Source: an uncultured Planctomycetia bacterium (lineage in GTDB: Bacteria; Omnitrophota; Gorgyraeia; JABMRN01; RBG-13-46-9). Taken from it: 64,000 nucleotides of DNA. The notes below the pieces were generated by a model. It was not told where the DNA came from, searched no databases, and worked only from the letters and a program-made list of their open reading frames with translations. The position numbers were made by a program, and so were the translations under genes. Location: assembly GCA_964649665.1 (NCBI GenBank), contig CAZYPU010000001.1, positions 16,428 through 80,427 on the forward strand, read 5' to 3'. Each line of letters begins with the position of its first letter. The first letter of the stretch is position 1. Below, piece by piece: positions 37,682 to 49,600 of this stretch.

Positions 37682-40600
37682 ATGGGTCAAAATAAAAGCA
37701 TAATATTTAAGGCTATATGTTTCTCCCTTGTAATCACGTTTTGCTTTGAGAACATTCTCTGGGCGAACCCGGAAGCTTTTAAAAAGAATGTCTCAAATGG
37801 CACCCTTCAGGTCCAGTCCAAAATTAACCCCATCGCCACTCCTGAGCTTCTTCATCAGGGGCTTATAGAGTTCTCGCTTAGATACATCGTTCAGGCCGTA
37901 GATGATATCGCGAACATCAATTTCCCCCTAACGCCGGAGGCCCCGCATTACGCCAAAGACATAAAAATCGTCCTTGATTTCAGCCCGCCGACTGAAAATA
38001 AAAAAGAGGGTAAACATAAAGAAGGCGACAACTGGATAGTGCCCTGCACTATTTTTGACAGCCGCGGCCGCTATTTCTGGACGTACGAGGCGGTTATACA
38101 TCCGGATAAAAGTATCTCGTGGAAGAAAAAGATATCCGCGGAATCCGCCATCGTTCCCGAACCCCAACCCCCCGCGCCTCCGGTCGAAGAACCAACCCTA
38201 GCCCCGCAGGCTTCAAGGCCCTTACCTAACCCAAGTGCCTTCCGGGATTTACACCGTAGCGAGGAGGGTGCGCGGTGGCCGTTCGGAAAACGTCAACTCG
38301 CAACCCAAGACCCGAGAAGAGATTCGGACAGGGTGGAACATGCCCTTGGGAAAACGAGGCAAAGATATGAATTAACACAGGTTATGGATAGAATCGTGCA
38401 GGGCGTAAAAGAAAAATTCGGATCAGGATTCGTATTAGCCATAGACGGGCAAAAAGCAACACGCAAAACGACACTTTCAGAAATAATGTCAAAAGGCATT
38501 AGCGATATATCGTCCGGAGACATAGAAGTGCTTAGTTACACAAAAGGTATGTATGAACGGGAAAGAGATTATATGAGAGTTGTCAAAAGGGCCTTACGCG
38601 AGAAGAAGTTAGTTGTTTGCGAGGGGCAGAGCATGGTGCAGATTCTGGAAGAAGGAAACATCTTTCCGGATTTAATCCTTTACCATAAAGCCAACTTAAT
38701 GACGCAATTATATTCCAGTTTTCTTAGGTCCTTTTTATTATCAAAGGCTTACAGGGAACGTATGTTAGATGACGAGAAAAAAGGCCTTTCATTATTGTTG
38801 ACGCTTTGCGATTGGGCGCCGTTCGGACTAATATTCTTTATATGGGAAGTTTATAAAATATTCACAGAAAAAAAATCCGATAAGGAAACGCTTAATGAGT
38901 TGTCAAAAAGGCCTAACTGCGTTACGCTGAATTTCAGTACTTATAAGTTGGGCGGATTAACAATAGAAGATGTATATGGAATCATGACAAGCGTGGCAGA
39001 TTCGGCTAGTTATCCGTCCGTTGCCACAGTCGAACATGGTCTGATAAGCGAGGTCCCGGGTGCGCCTCTTACAGCCGAGGATTACGTCAGGCAAAAAGAA
39101 AAAGAGGGAGCTGAATTTATTCTCCTCTACAGCAGGGAAGGGCGCCTGGTGCGTTGCATGTCGATAAAAGAAGCCAAATACGCCGCCGGAAATATGGAGA
39201 TAGCGGGTATTGCCCTGAGAATCAAGGAGGGAGAGACACAGTTCTTTGAGGCTGGCCGAACCGACTTTGAGACCGGGAAAATCGTAGAGTCGCTGGACTA
39301 CACCGCGGAGATGAAAGAGCCGAAAAAGGTCTATTTCGTAGTACCGATGCACAAGGAAATGAAGCGGCTCCTTCCGGAAACGAAAGACAACCCTTATGGC
39401 GAGGACGCGTTGCGGAAAACGGTATGGCAGCTTCAGGAAGGAAGCAGAATAAACAGGCGTTTCAAATGGCAGCTTATCCTGGTAGATGACGGCACTCCCG
39501 GAAACGCCTCAGCAAAGCTTGCGGAAAAACTTTGGGCCGAAATTCAGGAAGAATATGCGTCCTGGGGAGAAACGCTTGATCCATCGCAGGTTATAATCGA
39601 AAAAATTACGCCTCGGGAAAAAAAGAAAATGAAAAGCCGAAAGGGAGGCGCCGTTCTCCGCGGGTTTAATATTGCCCTGAAAAGCGCATCGCCCGGCGAT
39701 TACATAGGATATACGGACCTGGACATCTCAACCGATATGCGCCAGACAGGGTTTCTATTAAAAGCGCTGGCCGAAGGTGATGCGGAGGTGGCCATAGGTT
39801 CCCGCTGGGCAAAAGGCGGAAAGGGAGAAAAAGTCCCTCCTTCAGGCATAGTATCAAGCAAGGTCTACAACCTTTTGGTCCAAACACTTATGCCGCCTTT
39901 ACGCGGTATTCAGGATACGCAGCGCAGCTTCAAGCTTTTTACAAAGCGCGCGGCAGAAGAAATCTTACGTCACGCCAAAGATAACGGCTTTGCCTTTGAC
40001 ACGGAGCTCCTGCTTTTGGCGAAGCTCTTGAGTTATCGGACAAGTGAGGTCCCAATCGCCTGGATTGATTCGCCCGGGGCCACTACTCTGAGCATGTTTA
40101 CCGACGGGCCAAAGATGGTTTGGAGCCTGTTTAGACAGCGCAGACACATGTTCGGGAAGATGTTCCGCTCCTCGTACATCATGACCCGGTCAGGCGCCAC
40201 AAGCGGTTCCGGCGAAGGGGAACGTCCCCTTGGGCTTATCGGGAAGTGGATGCTGACGCCGGAAGCTAAATTTAAAGAGGACCACCCGGGATGCCGCGCC
40301 GGGGATATAACGTTCATGGCCAGGCGCATAGATTATCCCGAGAGGGATGAGATTGAGATAAAGCTTCGGGCGAGGTGCGTGCCGTTCACGGAGTTTGATA
40401 ATTTCCGGAGGACAGGTGTGGAGGAAATCGATAGCGCGCTGAAAGAATTCCTCTACGCTTTCACATCACTTAAGGTCAAAGGCGTGACGCTTTACATGGA
40501 ACCCAACCGGTACGGCATATACGGCATAGGCACAAAGGACATTATTGCCGTAAGAGGCCCTCTCAGGTTCAGTAAAATTGCCAAAACCCATGAAATAATG

Positions 40601-43600
40601 CATGCGGCCCTTGACGCGGGCGCGCTGACCCTCAAAACAGTGATAGACAACATAAAAGGCGGCGAAAAGGCGCTGAATGAATATATAGGAAAAAATCCGC
40701 GCAGGCAGGTGCCCGGCATGCGGGCTCATTATGCCCTCCGCCTTCTTTTTAGGCAGAGAAATCCAATAAGAGACAAACTTCTTACGAGGTTTTTAAAAAT
40801 TATCCAGCCCGTAAGGGATTTTCTTGACATCCGGCTGTTCGGCGGCTTGAGCTTAGCAGGGCGTGCGGGAATCCTGGCGGTATTCGCGTATGTCCTTGAG
40901 AGTTACGTAGGAACAAATCGATGGCTTTTGCTCTCGGTCATCGCGGTATCTTCGATTATATTAGTGGATGTATGGTATTCTTTATGGGAAAAATGGGAAA
41001 AAACCGGTGAACTTATAAACGGTCTCTTGGGCACGCGAAAAGGGCACGAAACTTTAACGGCAGAAGTAAACGAGATCGTGTTTGATCGGTATCCGGGACG
41101 ACGGTGGATTCCTGGTAATGTGAAAGAAGCGTTGAAGCTTGATGATCCATCGGCGGATACGACATACATAATAGCGAGTTTTAAAAAGAGTAATGTTCCC
41201 ATTGGGTACCTCGCCTTTACGGCCAAATCAACAGACGCGGCGATTACATGCGTGAATCTTTGGATTAATGAAAAACACCGGCACAAGGGTATAGCCCTGA
41301 AGCTATTGGAAAGATTTTTGGAGGAGGCGGAACGCAGGCAGAAAAAAAGCGCAATATTTAGATTGAAAAAAAACGAGGGCATCAATCTGGATGTCGTAAC
41401 AGGGCTTCTGAAGGCCGCCGCGGCTTTGCGGGGAGCGAGGATTGCGATTGTCCCAACAAGTTACGGTCGGCTGATACGCATATGGTTGTATAAATCAAGG
41501 CCGCGGACGCAACTTCTTTCAGCGGCGCTGCCTTTGTCCCTACTGGCCATAGAAGCCGCGAAGGAAGAGCCGATTATCATAAAGCCGTGGATGGAGGCCG
41601 CGTTTATGGCAGGTTTTGCTTTTCTATGCTTGTGTGAAATTATCCGGAAGTATTGGGATGCGATCAAAGAAAACAGGGCGGTTGGATACGCGATTGAAAG
41701 ATTCGCCAATTTGATCAAATGGCTTGATGACTTTTTACCGATCGTATTTTTAGCCGCTATTTTGAGCTTTGTGCCGTGTCCGAAAGTAAGTCCATCCGCG
41801 CATGCCGCCATGGTGACACAACCGCCCGCCGCGGCGGGGGTTGTTAATACCTTGCCAGTTGCAGCGCAAGTAGGCGCGGCCGATATTTCGTCAACGCTGC
41901 TAGACTTCATATCGACACCTGTGTCAATCGGGTTAATGATAGGACTGATTTTTGCTATCTTATGCATGATGTACAGAAAAGTGGCGGCCGCTCTGTTTAA
42001 CAACACGTGCGTATATATAAAAGAGATGCTGGGAGATAAGTATATTAGGTTCTGGGCGCGTTTTCAGGAAGACCGCGAGGCGCTCGAACGGCTTTTTGCA
42101 GAGTCAAGAAAGACCGCGCAGAAATATTCGTCATCGCCGCAAGATAGCGTGGAATTTTATGCCATAGAATGTTACCTTATAGCGCGTCGGAAGGGCAAAG
42201 TCAAGTATATACACTTTTCACAAGAACTGGCCAAAGCGTTTCGTAGAGATCGTCGATTTATCGGGCGGTCTATCGCATGGTACAGATTCAGGGTGCGACT
42301 TAAGTCCCTTTGGGCGCGGATATTGCTTAAAGGTGAAGGATTGGCCGGCGACGGGCTCGAGGATCTGCAAAAAAGTATAAGATACTGCGAATCATTATTA
42401 AGGTTGGACACGTTGATTTACAAAAATAGGGAACAATACGCACGGCAAATATTCGACGCAATAATTAATAACCCCGAGCGTTTCCCGGGCATCAAAGAAG
42501 TTCCCGATCCGGATGATCCCGGAACGCACATGTTGGTGTACGAATCTCCGAATAGTTCCGGCGTAAGAAATCCCAAAGACGGTTTTATAAAACCGCTTTT
42601 AATACCCACTTTAACCGGTATCGCCGCGCCGGCGGCGGGGGCGGTATTAGCGGCTCCCTACTTTGCGGAAATTCCCACATATATTAGTGACATTTTAAAC
42701 TGGTTTGCCTCTATCGGCGCGGGTGGCGCACTTTCGTGGAAGACAATAGCTATATTAGTTACCTTTGTCCCGCTTTTCATTTCCATCGTATCCGCTGTTA
42801 AAGGGGAATCGTTGTCAGGAAAATACCGGGGTATCTGGCGGGAAAGGCTTGAAAAAGCCCTGAGGAAGCACTCGAAACTTAACAAAGACGGCGTAATTCC
42901 GGATCTCGCGACACTTTTGAGTATCCGACACAAATTATTTAGATCAGAAAGAGCAAGCGGCAGTCTTTTGGCAATTTTGCAGGCATATCAAGATTTGCTA
43001 TCCGGCGGAATTATCAAAAAACCGAAATTCGCGCCTTTACACATTTTCGTCCTTCGTGACTTGGGTTTCGTCACTGACGAATTGTGGGCGGAATATGAAG
43101 TGTATATAACCTCAAAGAACAATGATGAAATCAGTGAACCACGGATAAAACTGTGGCATTCTTTGGTGCGGGCGGTTCTTAAAAAAGAAGATATGCTGGG
43201 TAAAGACGGAACTATCGACGATGTAAAAAAGCTGGAGGGCATCAAACCGGACTTCTTTACATCCAGAAAAGGGCGGGCTGGAATCAACGAGGTATACGAA
43301 GCCTTTCAGCGCGCGGCCAAAAAGAAAAACATTCCATATAGGTACGCGCACAAAAGAAAATTCGTATTATATGTGCTTAGGATTCTGGGTTTTTTGACGG
43401 ATGAGATGTGTGGGATAGTCGAGAATATTGATTTCACATTTCCATCGGACAAATTAAAGAAAAAATACCACGCCGCATTGGCGCCGGTGTTACGAAAAAA
43501 GGATATTTTGAACGAGAAGGGGAAAGTGCGGGACATTGATGCTCTTTTACGTGTCAACGTTAAATTATTCCGGGCGCGTAAGGAAGAAGGGAAGGGCGTC

Positions 43601-46600
43601 AGTTTATACAGTATTTTTATTAGCTATCAGAAAAAAGCGAGACTCAGCAGGATAAAGAAGCCGAAGCACGCGACATGGCCTTGCTTTATCCTGTATAGTT
43701 TGGGGTTCGTAACTGATGAAGTATGGAAAGGTTATTTATCCTACCGCAGGAAATTACTGCTAAAAAGAGAGACACGGGCTGCTGAAAGGCAATCTAAACC
43801 GGTGCCCTTTCCCGCTTCATTCAATGTAACGCAGGCGCAGTTATCGGGTGTCCGAAAAGCGCTCGAAAAAATACACGTCCTTGACGAAAAAGGCATGATA
43901 AAATCGCTCGGCGCATTTGATAGTATAACCAGGCAGTCAATTGTTGAAGGCGGAGGCGGCCCCGCGTACGGCATTTTTAAATCAGGCATACAAAGGACAG
44001 AGCAGGCGCTGCCCGGAGGAACGGACTTGTGTCACTATATGCTTTATCACCTGGGCTTTGTAAGCGAGGCTGTGTGGCTGGAATACACACAATATCTGAA
44101 GATAAAAGAAGCGCTGAAAAAAGTCAACATGCTCAACCGCCGGGGCAAAATCCGCGATATCACCGCTCTTCTACGCGTAAATGCAACGTTTTTAAGCAAT
44201 CAGGGCATCTTAGGCGTATACCTATCCTACGTAAGAGCGCATTATGAGTTTAAGCGGGATACGCCTAAAGGCATAAAATTACACTATTACGCGCTATATC
44301 GCCTCGGGTTAGTTACCGAAGAATTATTGCGCGAATACAAATGGTATATCCGGCTGGAGAAGGCGTTACGGACAAGGTTAAAACTTGACCAAAACGGGAA
44401 AATTCGCGACCACGCGACCCTTTTAAGCATAAATACGAATTTCCTTGAAAAAGAAGGCCTTTTGGAAGGATACAGGCTTTATATGGAAGCCCATCCCGAA
44501 CTTGCCAAAGAAACACCCGAAGGCACGGAACCCCATCATTACCTTCTACGCCATTTAGGGTTATTTGCCAAGGCGCTATTCACGCAGGAGAGCGAGGGAT
44601 ACGCACAGCTTAAAAACGCGCTTAAGGAGAGCGAAAAGCTTACCCCCGAAGGCGAAGTCCGCGACCTCAAGGCTCTTTTAAGCATAAACATAGAGTTTTT
44701 CGAAAAGAAAAAAGTTCTTGAAGCCTATCAATCCTGTCTGAAAACCGTCGCCGAAGAATTACCGGAAGGCGCAGAGGGCTGTCATTACGTCTTATACAGT
44801 TTAGGGCTTGTTTCGGGCAACCTCTGGACCGAATACACATGGTACTGCCGCCTGAAAAAGGCGCTCAAAGGCGCCGGGAAGCTCAGCCCCGAAGGCATTA
44901 TTAAAAACCTCACCAGCCTGCGCGGCATAGACTACGCATTTTTTAATGAGCATGGCATTGTGAGAATATCGCAATTCTATACACGCCGGTATCCCGGATT
45001 CTGGAGAGGGATTCCGCGCGGCGCGGATGGGTGGCGCTATCTTTTATACAATCTCGGGTTCGTTGACGATGAGTTGTGGCAAAACTATCTATGGTATGCG
45101 AAGATAAGCGTCACGCTTAAAGCGGCCGGAAAACTCGATAAGCAGGGAGCAATCAGGGACATAAACACCCTTTCAAACATCGGCGCAGCGTTTTTTAAAG
45201 AACACGACATCTCGGGCATATACCAGGCATATTTAGAAGAAAACCCTGATTTTATTCAAAGCGTGCCGGAAGGGGTGGAACCGCGGCATTATTTTTTGTT
45301 TATTTTAGATTTCATGCCGGACAAATTCTTGCGCGAATACAAATGCTGCAGCGAGATGAAAAGAGCGTTAGAAAAAGCCGGAAAACTGAATAAGGCAGGG
45401 GAGATTCCCGATTTGGCGACGCTGCTCGGCATGAATAAAAAATTCTTCTCTGAAATTGGCGCATTACCTGCATACGAGGCATACCTTGAGTTTTACCCCG
45501 AGCTTGAGCATCATGCGCCTGAGAAGGAGTCCGCGGAGTGCGATGCGCTTCACCGGATGGGGTTTGTTTCAAAAGAGCTCTATCAGAAATACATGCTGCA
45601 CCTCAAGGTAAAACAAATTTTGAAAAACTCCGGAAAACTCGACAAAACGGGTAAATTCCGAGATATAGACAGCTTCTTGAGCGTAAACTCTGGTTTCTTA
45701 AGGGAACATAAAATCTTAAACAGTGCCGACGCTTTTTTCAGGAAAAACCCGGAACTGATGAAGAAAATGCTCGCCACTGCGGACATATCCCACTGTTTCC
45801 TGTATTGTTTAGGTCTTGTTTCCGAAGAACTTTGGAATAAGTACGAAACGCGTTGCCCGTTCAAAGCGGTGCTGTGGAAAGAAAGGCTCCTTGATTCGCA
45901 CAGAAGAATTCGCGATTATGACGCACTGTTTAGTATAAACGCCGCGTTTTTGAAGAAGCACGGACTGCTAAGCTTATATCAATCTTACGTACAAGAGCAT
46001 CCGGGTTTTGCTGAAAAACTGCCGGAGGGAGCGAATCCGCGACACTATTTCCTGTACCGGATGTACCGGATGGGGCTTGTGTCTGACGAGGTATGGAACG
46101 GATACATAAAGTGCGTGACCACGCCGGAGTTTCTTAAGCTAAACGACGAGAAGCGAATGTGGTATGTTACACGCCGCTATTGTCTTGAGGCCGCGCGGAT
46201 AATAAGGCCGGGAGAGATTATACAGGAGGCCGCGATCCTCTTAAACATAAGGGAACCGGTTTTTCGCCGCAAAAAAACAAAAGAGACGTGGCGTGAAGCG
46301 ACGAGATATTACAGCAGGCAATGGGAAGAAGGGCTATTGGGAAAATTTGAGCTCGAAAACCTTGATATATATATACTAAAGGACCTGGGACTTGCGACAG
46401 CGTCATCATGGGATGAGTATCTTGCCTATTCTGCCCGGGAGAGAGCGGCGCGGATTGAGAAATCCGCTATGACTGCGAGGGGAAGCGTTCTTAACAGAAT
46501 CAAAGGCCTGGCTGTGGATATCCAAAAAGCTATCGAGGAAGGCGATATCGCTTCCGCGGCGGCCGCCCTTGATATGATCGATAAGCTGTGTGAAGGACAT

Positions 46601-49600
46601 GGCGGTAGAATATCGCTTCCGGAGCAAATTAAAATCCTTCTCGACGGATTCAGAGAACAAACCTCTCAAATGATCGACGCGGGAATGCGTGAATTCGCGG
46701 ACGCGCGCCGGGAAATAGAAAAAGGTATATATGCCGCGTATGCCGATTTAGTAAATTTAGTAGACAATATAGACGCTCTTGCCAATCCTCCGGTAGGAGA
46801 GGAGGGGGTAGAAGAAGAAGATCGGGCCACACACGAGCTTTTGATAATCCTTCAGTTTAAGCGGGAGTCTCTCGATAGTTTAAAAACGCTGGAAGATGAC
46901 CTGGAAGTTATCAGGAAAAAAATAACAGAACTGGTCGGCGAATCAGGCAATTTTGAAAATACGCTCGCGGCCCGTGCCGTTATCCAGCTCGAAGAGCTGG
47001 AGGAAGGAATCCCTAAGTTGCCGGCAAAAATTGAAAAATTGTTTAGCCGGTTATTAGGAGAAAACTCTGGAAAAGAAGAAGCGCAAGAACCTATCGAGGA
47101 TATTGAAGTTATTGTAGATATTGAGGTAGAGCCGGGGGCAGCGAAAGGGCCGGACTTAGAAATAGCAGCCGATATAACGATTGAGGAAATGCCGGACGAA
47201 GAGCCGAAAACCACGGAAACTGAAAACATAAAAGAACGAAGATTGGACCTGGAGTTTGCCCGGGACTTATTATCGATGTTTGATAGCGGTGTGCCTGTAA
47301 CCGAAGGTGAAATACAGGACGAGATAGACTATATCGAGTCTAATCTGGAGGCAATAAGAGGGGAGAGCAAAAAGCTGTGGGAGACGGCAAAAATGCTTTT
47401 AGAAAGGCTGAAAAAAGCAAGGTGGATAGTAAGGATAAAAGCCAGGAAGTGCCTCGCTGGAGCCAGGAAAACTACGGAACAACCTTCATCAGAGTTAATA
47501 GCGAGCCGCACTATTGGGGGATTCTTGAGGCAAAATCCTGACAAAACATTGCTCCAGATTATGCCGTTAGTCGTCAGAACCGGGAATTGGGTAGCTGTGG
47601 AAATCGCGATAGGAATGATCAGAGAAGACGAAACACTAAAGCTTAAAAAGGATGACGCGGCCTATTTAGCGGAAATCGAAGCACAACTGCTCAAAGCGCA
47701 AAAAGCACAAAAGGGCGCTAAAAAAACTGCCAAAAGCAAGCCCACCAGAAATCCCAAAGACGGTTTTATAAAACCGCTTTTAATACCCACTTTAACCGGT
47801 ATCGCCGCGCCTGCGGCGGGGGCGGTATTAGCGGCTCCCTACTTGTCGAAATCATTCGGTTTGCCGCTCGTGGCGGGCGTGGCGATAATAGCCATCATCC
47901 TTATTTTGTATTCACGATACAGCAAAGAGATAAAAGCCTTATGGAAAATGACCTGTATCAATTTAGGTGACTTATACGAAGATTTTTCTATTGAGATCAT
48001 GGAGCGCCTTAGAAAAGACCACGAAACATTTAAGTGGCTTTTTGATTATGTCGATGAACTTGTGAAACTTCCGATGTCATTTGAAAACGCCGAGAAATTA
48101 TTCGCGGTAAAATGCTATTTGTTAATTCGTAAAAAAGGTCGTGTTAATTGCGACCGATTTTTGAGAACGTTGACAAGCGCTTTGAGGGACGACATAGAGT
48201 ATTCCAGGCAATCCATAGTCTGGAACAATTCCATGATAGGGCGGAAGAAATTTTGGGTGCATCTTTTACGGCGGAGCGACGATAGTACAACCAAAAGGGA
48301 AATCAGGGACCTTGAATCCGAAATAGAACGCGAAAGAATCTTAAGCGAGATGGAGATAGAGGGGGCGCAAGACATGCTTAATGGTAAGGAAAATTCTGTC
48401 AGGCGGATATTCGACCTGGTATGCGCTAACCCGGATTTTTTTCCGGGAATAAAGAAGATACCCGATTCAAAGAATCCCGAAATAGGGGCGCTTGCGTACA
48501 TGCCGGCGGCGCCGGAAAGCTCGGTCGCTGACATGGGCATTTGTAAACACGTGCTTTTAAGCGTGTCTCCGAGGGAAGAGACAACGCTTGAAAAACAGAC
48601 CCAAGAGGCGCTTTCAAGGGCAAAGAAACTTTTGACGGACATGGGATACAATGAGAGCGCCGTAGTGAAACAAACCGTTTTTTTGAGGAGCGTTTCGGAT
48701 AAGGCAGAATGCAAAGAGATAATCGAAGCGCATTACGACAGGGGCCCGCCTCCGGCCACAAGCTACATAAAGGAACCGCCCGCCGACGGAAGCGATGTTA
48801 CGATTGAGATATTGGCCATAAAAGGCGAAAACACAAATGTCAGAAGAGTAAACGAATTTCTCACCGTTGTAGAACAGGAAAATCTCAAATGGGCCTACGT
48901 CGCCGGCATCGAGCCGGATGAAACGATACCGGATGAAACGATAGAAGATACCTATGAGCAGGCGCTTAATGCTTTCCGGAAAATGAAGGATGTCCTCGAG
49001 GAGAATGGATTCAATTTTGAAGACGTGATACGAACATGGATTTACGAGCGCGATCTTTTAAAGACAGAAAACGGAAGCCAGAGATATCAGCTTTTGAATG
49101 ACGCGAGAAGCGAGTTTTTTAATACAGGGGACAATGGTAAAAAGATACATTTTGGCAGGAATTTCAGGAATTTAATAAGAGACCCGCAATTGAAAGAAGA
49201 GATTCTGCCTCCCGCTTCCACAGGTATTGGCATGTCAGGCGGAACGTTTGTCATGGAATGCCTGGCGCTTTCCACGACGAGAAACGACGTAAGCATCACG
49301 CCTTTGGAAAATCCCGACCAGGTACCCGCGCACAAATACAGCAAAAAAGTGTTGAGAAAAGGAAGGAGCGAAGAGGAAAAAACATCACCCATGTTTTCGC
49401 GGGGGATGGTTGTTAATATCGGCGGTTATAAAATGACTTTGATTTCCGGCACCGCCTCAATAAAGGGCCCTAAAACCGTACACAAAAGAAGTGTTAAAAA
49501 ACAGACAAAAACCACCATAGAAAATATCTTAAGGGTTATAGAGCAGGCGGGTGCGAGCCTGGCGGATATACCACAACTCAGGGTTTACATCAAAAATTCG

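Noticed and set aside
38340-38700. P-loop kinase-like segment (AIDGQKATRKTT ... LVVCEG) in the 4284-aa ORF
   Set aside because: The Walker A motif is degenerate (G-x4-R-K-T instead of G-x4-G-K-T). Too weak to call a nucleotide-kinase domain without profile searches.
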